In this document: piece by piece, positions 27,763-37,316 of the stretch
Numbering within the stretch: position 1 is the first letter of the stretch
Layout: each line of letters begins with the position of its first letter
DNA from: an uncultured archaeon
Lineage (GTDB): Archaea; Iainarchaeota; Iainarchaeia; Iainarchaeales; VGJJ01
Direction: 5' to 3'
Assembly: GCA_964427715.1 (NCBI GenBank)
Contig: CAYRUV010000001.1
Coordinates: 34,552-98,551 of the forward strand
DNA length: 64,000 nt
Notes under the pieces: generated by a model
Told to the model about the DNA's origin: nothing
Database searches by the model: none
The model's input: only the letters and a program-made list of their open reading frames with translations
Translations under genes and position numbers: made by a program

Positions 27763-29298
27763 ATGTCAAAGGGTTTCTTCATTTCCTGTGCGATTGACTA
27801 CCCCAACGCCAAGCTGCACATGGGTCACTTATATGAGAAGACCATCGCCGATGCCATTGCGAGAGTCCACCGATTGAACGGAGAAAAAGTCCTCTTCACG
27901 GTGGGAAGCGACGAGCATGGAGAAAAAGTAGAAAAGGCCGCCAAGGCGGCCGGGTACTCCACCACGCAGTACATTGACAATATGGCCATGCAGTTTGGGG
28001 GATTATTTGATCAAGCTCTCATTTCCTATGATCGTTTCATCCGTACGAATGAGCCGGATCACGTCAAGGCGGCGCAGGCGTTCTTCCAAGCGATGTTTGA
28101 CGCGGATGATATCTATCCCGATTTGTATGAGGGGTGGTATTGTGTCTCCGATGAGACGTTCTGGACCGAGAAGGATACTATTCTCAAGGACGATGGGAAA
28201 CGGTATTGTCCCAACACTCATTGTGGGAAGCTCGTTGAGCGTGTGAAGGAAGAATCCTACTTCTTCAAGTGGAGTAATTTCCAAAAGCCCCTAGAAGAAT
28301 GGTATGCGAAAAACCCCTCCAATGTTTTTCCTGATTTTAGGAAGAATGAGATGGAGAATTTCATGAAGAATGGTCTTCATGACATTTCGTTTTCGAGAAA
28401 GTCCATCCAGTGGGGGATTCAAGTCCCGTTCAATCCCGAGCACACCATTTACGTATGGGGAGACGCGCTGGTGAACTACTTGACCGTGTGCGGCTACCCT
28501 GGAAAGTATTCAGACTTTTGGCCTGCCGACATTCACGTGGTGGGTCATGACATCAATCGCTTCCACTCCTTGTTATGGCCGGCCATGCTCCTGAGTGCGA
28601 AGGTCCCCTTGCCCAAGCAAATCCTCGTGCACGGATTCATCAATGATGAGAATGGAGAAAAGATGTCTAAGTCCAAGGGAAATGTAGTCGATCCTGCGAT
28701 TATTCTCCAGAAGTTCGGAATTGAACCTATTCGATACTACCTCTTGCGCGAAGTTCCTCTTGGAAATGACCTCGCGTTTGCGGAAAAGAACCTCATTGAG
28801 CGAAATAACTCCGAATTGGCCGATGGATTGGGGAACCTTGTTTATCGTGTCCTCTCCATGCTCGAGAAGTACTGCAATGGGGTTGTTCCGAAGGTAAAAT
28901 TGGATGCACAAATTCTTGGACAGTCCTCAGTCTCGGCGCAAGAAGCCTACAAGTTATACCTCTCCCATGATCTCCAGAATGCGCTGATTCAGACGTGGAA
29001 AGTGGTGAATGTAGGTAACAAGGCCATCGCAGATTCCGAGCCCTGGAAGAAGATGAAGGAAGGGAAACGAGACGAAGTGGAAGTGTTGCTGGCCACGGAA
29101 GTGGAGTTGTTGCGCCAATTGTCTATTCTGATTCAGCCTGTTTTACCTTTAGCGAGTCAATCAATTTGTGATCAGTTCCATTTTCCCAAGCCACAATTTT
29201 CTCACCTTTCAACGAGTCACGTGCCGAGTGCGCATGCGGTGAAGAAAGGAAGCGTGTTGTTTGTGAAGCGCGATCTTCCATTGGTTGAAGAGAAGTAA
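27763..29298 (+). CDS. metG: Methionine--tRNA ligase, short form
   Basis: HMGH, GSDEHG, YVWGDAL, KMSKS; no C-terminal tRNA-binding domain. Confidence 0.95.
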   Translation: MSKGFFISCAIDYPNAKLHMGHLYEKTIADAIARVHRLNGEKVLFTVGSDEHGEKVEKAAKAAGYSTTQYIDNMAMQFGGLFDQALISYDRFIRTNEPDHVKAAQAFFQAMFDADDIYPDLYEGWYCVSDETFWTEKDTILKDDGKRYCPNTHCGKLVERVKEESYFFKWSNFQKPLEEWYAKNPSNVFPDFRKNEMENFMKNGLHDISFSRKSIQWGIQVPFNPEHTIYVWGDALVNYLTVCGYPGKYSDFWPADIHVVGHDINRFHSLLWPAMLLSAKVPLPKQILVHGFINDENGEKMSKSKGNVVDPAIILQKFGIEPIRYYLLREVPLGNDLAFAEKNLIERNNSELADGLGNLVYRVLSMLEKYCNGVVPKVKLDAQILGQSSVSAQEAYKLYLSHDLQNALIQTWKVVNVGNKAIADSEPWKKMKEGKRDEVEVLLATEVELLRQLSILIQPVLPLASQSICDQFHFPKPQFSHLSTSHVPSAHAVKKGSVLFVKRDLPLVEEK

Positions 29299-29304
29299 TT
29301 TTTC

Positions 29305-30948
29305 TTATTCTTGGTCTTCTTTTCGGCTACTCACAAACAACCATCCCAATACGATCAATGCCATGAACACGCTCATCCAGGGGGGTGCATCGGGCACGTT
29401 GAGGGTGGTTTGGGGTTCGAGTACGGTGAATGTTTTGAATGTGGAGTTATTCCCCTTCACGGTTTCATCATCTTCATCAATCGGAATAGTGGTGTCCTCG
29501 AATGGGGTGATGGTGGCGTAGAGTGTATAGGTCTGTCCCGGGGCGAATGCTCCGATGCTGTCGGAGTCAAATTCAATGGTGACCGGTTGTGTAATCTCTG
29601 CGTTGGTTCCGCTTGCGGGGAGGGGGAAAGACACGGGGGTCGTGGCCGGGTTGAATCCGGGTATTTCTTTTCCGTCTCCGTCTCGGATGATTACGTTGAG
29701 TGTCCCGTTCGTGGTCAGGTCGGTTCGCTTATTCTGAATTGTGATGAGTGCATCAAATTGTTTTCCTTCAATGGGGGGGTTGGGTGCGTAGTCGATGTTT
29801 TTGAGAATGAACACGTCTCCTCCGCTTCCGGCGGGTCCGGGTCCTGGGGGTCCGGTTCCGTCGGGGGTGACTTCAAAGTCTAATAGTTGGAAGTTGTTGG
29901 GGTAGAATGCAGAGAGTTCGTTCTTGGCTCCGGAATAGTCGTACACGGAGGGGACGGCGAGGAGTAGGATGCGGTAGTGGGTTCCCGGTTCGAGGCTAGG
30001 CCCCATTGCGGTGGTGTTGTCGGTGTCGATGGTATAGAGGTTGTTGCTCACGGCGACTCCGTCTAGAAAATTTCCTCCTCCCAATAGTTTGTAGTCCACG
30101 GCTGTTACGGTGGGGGTGATGAGTGCGTTGGGTTGGGCGGCGAATAATAGGGCAAGTTCATCTTGGTATTCGCTCACGGTGTCGATGTTGGCACATTGGG
30201 GAGTATTGTCCAAGTCACAGATGGCGGCGACCCATGTGCTTTTGATTACGGAATAGTTGGCCTTGTCGGCGTATCCTTCCACTAAATTGTTGAGGGTGGT
30301 GGCCACGCTCGAGGAGGTTCCTTCCTCAATGTAGGGGATGGGGTCGGCGAGTGTGGTGCTGGGGAATTGGTTGAGTGTCAGGATATCTTTGTCGGTGAAT
30401 CCCCCCGCGCTAGCGTTGTATCCCACGCACAGGGTGAGTGGGTAGTTTTGGGGTATCGCGGTGGGTGATTCGGCGTGGGCGTTGGATGTGGTGGAGATTC
30501 TTGCGATTGAAATGTATCCCGCGGGGCACGCGATGCCTATTCCGTTGACGAATGTAGCGGTGACCGTTCCTGTATTCGCGGTGAGGTTGAGTCGGGTGGG
30601 ATATAGGTTGGGGGATGTTCCTGGCACTTCGATGTGGGCGTTCGTGGGGGTGGCGAGTGGGGATGAAATATGATACAGGGTGTTGAGTCCCTCGGCTCCC
30701 GTGTTGGTGGAGAATGTCACTCCGGGTTCGTTTCCGCAGTAGACGATTTGGGGATAGTTGGGGCATGCGCCCGCGATGGGGAGTTCGACGTGGGCGTTGG
30801 TCGTGTTGGATAAGCAGAGCACCGGGATGTATCCCAGTCCCGCAGGGATGGTGGTTCCTATTCCACAGGTGAATGCGGTTGCATTTCCCCCGAGAATAAT
30901 CACTCCCAAAAATAGGACGAGTGTGAATGGCAAATGGGCCCGTTTCAT
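29305..30948 (-). CDS. Cell-surface protein with three NAH repeats, an Ig/CARDB-like domain and a C-terminal sorting anchor
   Basis: Signal peptide; (T/S)NAH.E.P three times; VPD + TM + RK tail. Confidence 0.8.
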   Translation of the reverse strand: MKRAHLPFTLVLFLGVIILGGNATAFTCGIGTTIPAGLGYIPVLCLSNTTNAHVELPIAGACPNYPQIVYCGNEPGVTFSTNTGAEGLNTLYHISSPLATPTNAHIEVPGTSPNLYPTRLNLTANTGTVTATFVNGIGIACPAGYISIARISTTSNAHAESPTAIPQNYPLTLCVGYNASAGGFTDKDILTLNQFPSTTLADPIPYIEEGTSSSVATTLNNLVEGYADKANYSVIKSTWVAAICDLDNTPQCANIDTVSEYQDELALLFAAQPNALITPTVTAVDYKLLGGGNFLDGVAVSNNLYTIDTDNTTAMGPSLEPGTHYRILLLAVPSVYDYSGAKNELSAFYPNNFQLLDFEVTPDGTGPPGPGPAGSGGDVFILKNIDYAPNPPIEGKQFDALITIQNKRTDLTTNGTLNVIIRDGDGKEIPGFNPATTPVSFPLPASGTNAEITQPVTIEFDSDSIGAFAPGQTYTLYATITPFEDTTIPIDEDDETVKGNNSTFKTFTVLEPQTTLNVPDAPPWMSVFMALIVLGWLFVSSRKEDQE

Positions 30949-31022
30949 GGGGCACTAATCTCCCCGCGCTTTATATCCTTTTCTTGGTCGTAAAGCCGGG
31001 CTATTGTCTCATCACTCGGGTT

Positions 31023-31427
31023 TTATCCCGTGGTGGTGGTTCGTTTTCGTAGAATTTTGAAGTTCTGCTCGTAACGGAGGTATTCGACTTCGTCTCCGGA
31101 GGCCAGGTCTTTGATATCGGTGGGCTTAGGGACGTTATACGTCTCATACGTGGCGACGTCCATCAATTGGACTTGTCCGCCCATCACGGCAACTACCTGT
31201 GCGTTGGCGCGATCAACCACGGGTACTTCAGCATCCGCGTGTACCGGGGCCATGAGGTTTCTCTTTTGGTTATCGAATACTCCCACGGCCGTAATTCGGG
31301 CCTTGGCGGCTCCGTGTTTTCCGGGTTTTGATTTTTCCATGGTCTTAATCTGGCACACGAATCCGTCAATCATGACGTATCCGCCCTCTCTCAGGTGTCC
31401 GACATTCGAAAATTTGATTTCACTCAT
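31023..31427 (-). CDS. eif5a: Translation factor aIF-5A
   Basis: SKPGKHGAAK hypusine loop. Confidence 0.96.
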   Translation of the reverse strand: MSEIKFSNVGHLREGGYVMIDGFVCQIKTMEKSKPGKHGAAKARITAVGVFDNQKRNLMAPVHADAEVPVVDRANAQVVAVMGGQVQLMDVATYETYNVPKPTDIKDLASGDEVEYLRYEQNFKILRKRTTTTG

Positions 31428-31561
31428 GGTTTTCCCTCAATGGTTGAGTTATGCGGGTGCGGATTGTTTTTAAGGAATAGGGGTCCGTCTCGGTCCTTTC
31501 CTCCACACCAACCCTTAATAATCCGCAATTCGTTATGCGACCGTTAAAGGTGGTATTTTCC

Positions 31562-32062
31562 TTGAATCTCCCCATGGGTGTCTCTCGTATTCTGGCCAAG
31601 AACGTGAAGACGTTCGACTCGAGGCGAGAATTAGAGGACATGGCGGCGTCTTCCTTTTCGGGATACCTTGTCGAGTCTCTTTTTGGGAATGCGGGGGTGG
31701 AGGAATCAGCGTTATTGTTTCGGTATGGTCAGGGGATTGGGGCCACGTACGAGTATTACGGTTCCAAGCAAACCCTCTACGGGGACGCGGCCTTGCCTCA
31801 TGTGATGAATGGGTATTTGGTTGAGAATGGGGTCTTGGACATCATGGAATTATCCACTCAACAAGTGGATTTAGTTACTGCGTTCAATGCCAAGCTAAAA
31901 TTATCCAAGCCCTTGACGAAGGGGCTGTTCAAGCCCTTGGTGAAGGATCATTACGATGCGGCTCTAAGCAAGGTGGTGGCGGCCGCGCAGTATCCCGATC
32001 AGCCGGTGTCGAAGGAGACGTTGTTCAAGAAGTTCGGTCTCGCGGGGATCGATCACAATTGA
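31562..32062 (+). CDS. DUF2226-like protein
   Basis: TTG start after an AGGTGG SD; (M)NLPMG, FSGYL, GDAAL; upstream of minD. Confidence 0.65.
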   Translation: MNLPMGVSRILAKNVKTFDSRRELEDMAASSFSGYLVESLFGNAGVEESALLFRYGQGIGATYEYYGSKQTLYGDAALPHVMNGYLVENGVLDIMELSTQQVDLVTAFNAKLKLSKPLTKGLFKPLVKDHYDAALSKVVAAAQYPDQPVSKETLFKKFGLAGIDHN

Positions 32063-32547
32063 GGAAGATGGGGGAAATGAATATGGTGATGAAAAAGATG
32101 CGCTCATTGGTTCGGGGAATTACTCGAAAGGTGTTGGATGTGGAGGATAATGGTCCTCCTCAGGATCAGATGCACTTATTGAACAACTTCTTGTCTCGCC
32201 ACAAGTTCGAATTGAACACGGCGAGTATTCAAGATCTCATCCAATCGATGAAGAAAAAACATTTAGTGGATTCGATTTGCATTTGTTCTCCGAATGGGAG
32301 TATTGTGATTTCCACGGACGGGAATGATTTTTCTGAGGCAATTATCGGAAGTGCGATGTTCAATTACATCAAGACGGAACTCCCTGAGAGTGAGACCATT
32401 TTAATTAAGGACAAGGAGAATTGGTTCATGGTCTTTCCTCACAATGGAAAGATCTACATCATTCGCGCCGCCTCCGACATGACGCGGGTGGAGCTAAGTG
32501 CATTAGCCAGGGAAATTGAGTCCTTTTTGAAGGCGCATGGGGAGTAG
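32059..32547 (+). CDS. Protein with a roadblock/LC7-like domain
   Basis: VDSICICSPNGSIVIST..EAIIGSAMF helix followed by beta strands. Confidence 0.6.
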   Translation: MRKMGEMNMVMKKMRSLVRGITRKVLDVEDNGPPQDQMHLLNNFLSRHKFELNTASIQDLIQSMKKKHLVDSICICSPNGSIVISTDGNDFSEAIIGSAMFNYIKTELPESETILIKDKENWFMVFPHNGKIYIIRAASDMTRVELSALAREIESFLKAHGE

Positions 32548-32623
32548 GGGGGCTTTCCACCCTATCTTTATATGGGTATTCGGCGTTGATGGAGTATTCC
32601 GTGGATTTATTCGGTGAATCACT

Positions 32624-33454
32624 ATGGGTCGAAGCATCACAATCGTTTCTGGGAAGGGCGGGGTCGGTAAGACCTCCATCACGGCCAACCTGGGAATCGC
32701 CCTAGCGCAGCGCGGGGTGTCTGTTTGTTTGGTGGACGCGGATATCGCTATGGCCAATTTGTCCTTGTTGTTGGGGATGCAATCCTCTCCCATCACGTTG
32801 CATGATGTATTGTTAGGCGAGGCTGGGGTTCAGGATGCGATTTATGATGGTCCTTCCGGCCTGAAACTCATTCCCTCGGGTTTGAGTTTGGAGAACTATC
32901 GAAGAGTGGATGCGGATCGACTCGCCAGTGTGATCAAGGCGATTCAGCACAAGTTTGATTTTGTTTTGTTGGATGGTCCCGCAGGGATTGAGAAGTCCGT
33001 GTTGGCTTCCATTGCGGCCACCGAAGAATGTTTGCTCATCGCCACACCCGATTCTCCTTCCATCGCAGACGTGTTGAAAACAAAAATTGTCGCCCAACGC
33101 TTAGGGAGCAAGCCCTTAGGTGTGGTATTGAACATGGTTCATTTTGAGAAGGGGGAAATTTCCAAGGAAGAAGTTTCTCGCATGATGGAGCTTCCCGTGT
33201 ACGCGGCAGTCCCCTACGATGATGAAATGAGACACTCGTTTCAGCGCGACAAAGCCATGCCGGTGATGCTTCGTAATTCGCAAGCCAAATCCGCGGTGGA
33301 AATCCAGCGTCTCGCGGCTCGTTTAGCGGGTCTTCCCGTTCAAATGGAGGAGAAGCACTCCACGGGTTTCTTCGCGGGCATCATGGGCTTCTTCGCCCGA
33401 TTGTTTGGCGGGGGTCACTCAAAAGGGGCCGGCGTAGAAGAGGTCAAAATCTAA
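32624..33454 (+). CDS. minD: Cell division ATPase MinD (archaeal type)
   Basis: SGKGGVGKT, DADIAMANL, LDGPAG, C-terminal amphipathic GFFARLFGG. Confidence 0.93.
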   Translation: MGRSITIVSGKGGVGKTSITANLGIALAQRGVSVCLVDADIAMANLSLLLGMQSSPITLHDVLLGEAGVQDAIYDGPSGLKLIPSGLSLENYRRVDADRLASVIKAIQHKFDFVLLDGPAGIEKSVLASIAATEECLLIATPDSPSIADVLKTKIVAQRLGSKPLGVVLNMVHFEKGEISKEEVSRMMELPVYAAVPYDDEMRHSFQRDKAMPVMLRNSQAKSAVEIQRLAARLAGLPVQMEEKHSTGFFAGIMGFFARLFGGGHSKGAGVEEVKI

Positions 33455-33496
33455 TCATCACATTTTTTGGGTATTCCAAAAAAGGAGCAACAACGT

Positions 33497-33733
33497 ATGA
33501 ATACAAACAATCCCCCTGCCTCTCGTCCTTTCGACTGGTTGAGCGAGAGCTTGAACAAAAATGTCTTAGTGGAATTGAAAGGAAACATGTCGGTTCGCGG
33601 CACCCTCAAAGCGTTTGATGTGCACATGAACGTGGTGTTGGAGAACGCGGAATCGCTCCACAATGGGGAACCCAAGACCAAGTATGGAAAGGTCTTGTTG
33701 CGCGGGGATAATATCCTATTGATTTCTCCGTAA
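33497..33733 (+). CDS. Sm-like (SmAP/LSm) protein
   Basis: RPFD.L, GTLKAFDVHMNVVL, LRGDNILLISP. Confidence 0.95.
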   Translation: MNTNNPPASRPFDWLSESLNKNVLVELKGNMSVRGTLKAFDVHMNVVLENAESLHNGEPKTKYGKVLLRGDNILLISP

Positions 33734-33771
33734 TTGGAATACTATTTATTGTATGGGCTATTGTCTCCTGC

Positions 33772-34527
33772 ATGGGATTCAGTCCTGCCTATCGATTGTG
33801 GGTCCATGGTCTTGGAAAATTGAGGCGACGTCGTTACGCGGCGTATCTCCGTTCTTTGCGTCGGGTCGTGCATTTGACCGATCCCAAGGCCAGTCAGAAA
33901 AGGGCGCGGGTGAATTCGGAAGTATGGAACGAAGAGCGGGGAATGAGCGAACTGACTTATTTTTTTGGGTTGAATGAGAAATCGTTCAAGCGGATGATTG
34001 GGCGCGCAATTCAATCTCGTGGACCAATTCGCGTATTAGATGTTGGTTGCGGGAATGGGCTTTTTTTGAACTGGTTGAAGGAAAATTTCCATTCGAGTGT
34101 TGCTACTACTGGAATTGGAATCAAGCATAAGCCTTCCCTGAAGGGGGTCGACGTCTTCAGGACCACTCCCATTGAACGATTCCTCCAACGTGCGCATTTT
34201 GATTTTATTTTTTCGGTAGAGGGGGCTGTCTATTCGGCCAATCCGGCATTGGCCTTAGAAAATGTCTATCATTCTCTTCGAGTCGGAGGGACTGCATATT
34301 TGAACTTAGGTCGTGCCGGGTGGGATTTTCGTCATGGGATTATGCGTGCCATCCGCAAACAGACGGGGGCGTCCGTTCGGATGGTAGGTCCGGTAACTTT
34401 TGTCATAACGCGAAGATTGGAGTCTCCTGTCGATCTGCATATGTTTTATCCTAAAAAATCGGACCCCTATGCTACACTCAACCGTTCAATCCGAACTCAT
34501 GGGGCTCTTTCGCAGAGAAAAAAATAA
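33772..34527 (+). CDS. Class I SAM methyltransferase with an Arg-rich N-terminus
   Basis: RVLDVGCGNG, FDFIFS, LRVGG. Confidence 0.8.
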   Translation: MGFSPAYRLWVHGLGKLRRRRYAAYLRSLRRVVHLTDPKASQKRARVNSEVWNEERGMSELTYFFGLNEKSFKRMIGRAIQSRGPIRVLDVGCGNGLFLNWLKENFHSSVATTGIGIKHKPSLKGVDVFRTTPIERFLQRAHFDFIFSVEGAVYSANPALALENVYHSLRVGGTAYLNLGRAGWDFRHGIMRAIRKQTGASVRMVGPVTFVITRRLESPVDLHMFYPKKSDPYATLNRSIRTHGALSQRKK

Positions 34528-34528
34528 G

Positions 34529-34600
34529 TGGACGCTGGGGGATTTGAACCCCCAACCTCTTCCATGCCATGGAAGCGCGCTACCGTTGCGCCAAGCGCCC
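34529..34600 (-). tRNA. tRNA-Ala(GGC)
   Basis: Acceptor GGGCGCT/AGCGTCC with G3:U70; anticodon arm CTTCC-AT-GGC-AT-GGAAG; GTTCAAAT T loop. Confidence 0.95.
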
Positions 34601-34898
34601 AACTTTTTCTCCTAGCGGAGAAAAACTTGACTAAAAGAGCGTGTAAGGATACCGAAGTATCCAGACTGCTTTTCAGTAACTATTAGGAGTTGCGGGTCAG
34701 AATCTTTATAAAACGGCTTTTTGCCGTATGGGGTTTCGTCATCCTGGGATAGATAAATGTCGCTTTACAGCCTCCATAAAGCTTTCTCGTAAACTTTCCA
34801 ATAATTTTCCATATAACCATCCCACGTTGAGGGTGGTGTACAAGCCCATTGGTGGGCGGATTGGCTCCTAGCCTGATTCGCTCGGGAGGTGGGTTATT

Positions 34899-35666
34899 AT
34901 GAATGCAAAGAAAGGTCTATTGTCCGTCCTCGCGGTCGGATTTGTGGCTCTCCTCATGGGGGGCTTCGTAGCCGCTTTGGATGCTGGAACCACGCTCAAT
35001 GCGTCGGTCTCTAATGTTCAAGTAGCGGGGAAAGTGGTCTTGGACAAGGTCCAGCCGCGCATCATTCCGTATGGTGATGATGTAGTTGAAGGAAATACTC
35101 GTCGAATCGCCTTGGCTCGATTGAACTCCATCATGGATGTTCGCGATGTCACGCGCGAACGAATGGCTTCCTTGGATGACACGCGTCGTGTTGAGTTTCG
35201 AGAATCGGTTTCTCGGGTTCGCATGGCCATCGCCGACTATCGTAAGGATATGTCGCGAGATGACTTCAAGGGATTTTCCATCAGTCGCTTGCTCAATGCC
35301 AGCGGTCTGACGCAGGAAGAAAAGGATGGATTGAAACAGGTCTACATGGACACGAAGAATTCAACCTCGAAGGAACGCATGAGCTTCATGCTCTCGTCCC
35401 CTGAGGATGACTTTGTGGCCGTGGGAAAATTCTCAGCCGTCCAGACAGAGGATAATTTAGGAGGCACTTTGGTCGGGTTCTCGAACCAAACCAACAAGCG
35501 CTTCTTCGCCATTTGGGGCAACGGGAATATTCTCGGTGTTTCAGACGGTAAAGTCTTCTGGGGAACGTACTGGAATGATGGTTCCGAATCTCGGGCCCAG
35601 AACCAGTTCGAATTGCATAACTTTGCGGGCGATCGAGTAATCGAAGGACATTTCTTCGTTTACTAA
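34899..35666 (+). CDS. Secreted hypothetical protein
   Basis: Signal peptide MNAKKGLLSVLAVGFVALL; GGAGGT SD. Confidence 0.8.
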   Translation: MNAKKGLLSVLAVGFVALLMGGFVAALDAGTTLNASVSNVQVAGKVVLDKVQPRIIPYGDDVVEGNTRRIALARLNSIMDVRDVTRERMASLDDTRRVEFRESVSRVRMAIADYRKDMSRDDFKGFSISRLLNASGLTQEEKDGLKQVYMDTKNSTSKERMSFMLSSPEDDFVAVGKFSAVQTEDNLGGTLVGFSNQTNKRFFAIWGNGNILGVSDGKVFWGTYWNDGSESRAQNQFELHNFAGDRVIEGHFFVY

Positions 35667-35697
35667 AATCGCTTCCCTTTTCCCGGGGTAATGGGTT

Positions 35698-35770
35698 GAG
35701 AGGGGAATCGTCTCCTCCTTTCCCCTCTCTTCTATCCTGGGATTTTCTCATTTCTCGTTTGTGTTTATTT
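35698..35770 (+). terminator. Hairpin plus pyrimidine tract
   Basis: GAGAGGGGAA (35698-35707) pairs with TTCCCCTCTC (35720-35729); T-rich downstream. Confidence 0.55.
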
Positions 35771-37267
35771 TCCAAACAACCCAAATCCTTGCTTCGTGTC
35801 CTTGGGTGCGTTGGGCGCGGGGGTGCTGGGTTGGGGGGTATTGGCTTGTTTGATTTGGTCCATTTGGGTTTTCCATTGAGCAATGAGTTCGGATAACTGG
35901 CTCACGACTTGGTCTAATTGTTTAGTGCGTGTTTCCAATACGCTCATCTTCTGGTCGGCTTTCCCTTCGAAGTCGTCTAATTTTTGTTTGTAGGTCTTAA
36001 TCTGGTCTTCTCTCTCCAGGTTGGCCTTCTTGATGGTCTCGAGCAATTGTTTCGTGTACGCGTCTACATTCTGGAGCTTGGTTTCAGCTTCCACGAGTTT
36101 TTGTCCTAACTCTCGTTGCGTGGAGGCCATGTCGGCGGCTTGATCTTCGACTTTCTTGAAGAAGTCTTTCTCTTTCATGGAGACAATGGTTTCCATCTTG
36201 TTGTTCACAATCTTGTCGACGTCCATCATTTTCTTGTTCAATGTTTCGTCCATCTCGGTGTTTTTCTTGGACAGCATTCCTTCGAGTTCCATCTTCGTTT
36301 TCTTCATCTCCGCGTTCATGGTGATGAATTCCTGCATCGTGGATTGGATGTCTTTTGAGGCCAAGTCGGCGCCGAGTTTTTTCAATTGAACGATCTCGTC
36401 GCGTATTTCTTCTCGCAGGTCCTTGACTTTGCTTTCCAGGATGGCGTTGGCTTGGGTTTCCATCTGGTCGGCCAATCCTTGGGTGATTTTTTGTTCAATC
36501 TCTAGTGTTTTCGTGGCGCGCTGCTCGACTTCGGATACTCGATCATCGGTTCGGTTGACTAATTCGTCGACTTTCTCTTCGAGTTTTTCCAACTTCTGTG
36601 TGGCATCATCCACGATCATTCGTCTCGTTTCGTCGAGCTGGGTGGATTTGGTGGTAATGTCTCCCATGAGCTCTTGGATGATCATCTTTTGTCCCTTAAT
36701 GCGTTGCAAATCTTCTTGCGTGGCGGTGTTCAATCGTCTTATTTCCTCAATCTTCTGGTTGAGGATCTCGTCCATGTCCTTGACCTTCGCATCCATCTGC
36801 GCGTCCATTTTGAATCGGAATAGTTCGCGTTGTGCCTCGAAGAGGGCTTCGAGTTTTTTCTCCATGACCTGGTAGTGCTCATTCACTTTGGTTTCGAGCA
36901 CGTCATCGATTTCTTTCTTTAGTCTTTCCATCTGGGCGAGTTTGCTATCGACTGTTTGCAATATTCCTTTTTCCCAGAGTTTAGCAATCGAAGTGTCGGG
37001 TTGAGGGGCCTGGTACGTGGGTTGCGGGTCCGGTCGAGGGGGTGTACTCGCGGGGCTGGTTTGAGTGATCGTCCTTCGTGAGGTAGGCGTTTCTAGTCCG
37101 GGTAACTCCGAGGGTGTGATTTCTTTGCTCGTGGCCTGTCGCACCCACCTCTCGGCTTGGGCGCGGGGGATGTTCATTCCTTCGAGTTCCGTGAGGAGTT
37201 CTTCATCATTGAGTCCCATGTCCCTTAGCTTGCGTATGTTAGCGAGGATGGCATCCTGGTTGGGCAT
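35765..37267 (-). CDS. Long coiled-coil protein
   Basis: About 380 aa of heptad-like E/K/Q/M-rich helix; small N-terminal helical domain; GFGLFGK terminus. Confidence 0.85.
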   Translation of the reverse strand: MPNQDAILANIRKLRDMGLNDEELLTELEGMNIPRAQAERWVRQATSKEITPSELPGLETPTSRRTITQTSPASTPPRPDPQPTYQAPQPDTSIAKLWEKGILQTVDSKLAQMERLKKEIDDVLETKVNEHYQVMEKKLEALFEAQRELFRFKMDAQMDAKVKDMDEILNQKIEEIRRLNTATQEDLQRIKGQKMIIQELMGDITTKSTQLDETRRMIVDDATQKLEKLEEKVDELVNRTDDRVSEVEQRATKTLEIEQKITQGLADQMETQANAILESKVKDLREEIRDEIVQLKKLGADLASKDIQSTMQEFITMNAEMKKTKMELEGMLSKKNTEMDETLNKKMMDVDKIVNNKMETIVSMKEKDFFKKVEDQAADMASTQRELGQKLVEAETKLQNVDAYTKQLLETIKKANLEREDQIKTYKQKLDDFEGKADQKMSVLETRTKQLDQVVSQLSELIAQWKTQMDQIKQANTPQPSTPAPNAPKDTKQGFGLFGK

Positions 37268-37316
37268 ACCATAGTTGAAAATTCCCTGGAATAAAAGCCC
37301 TGCTCCGGGGTTTGGC

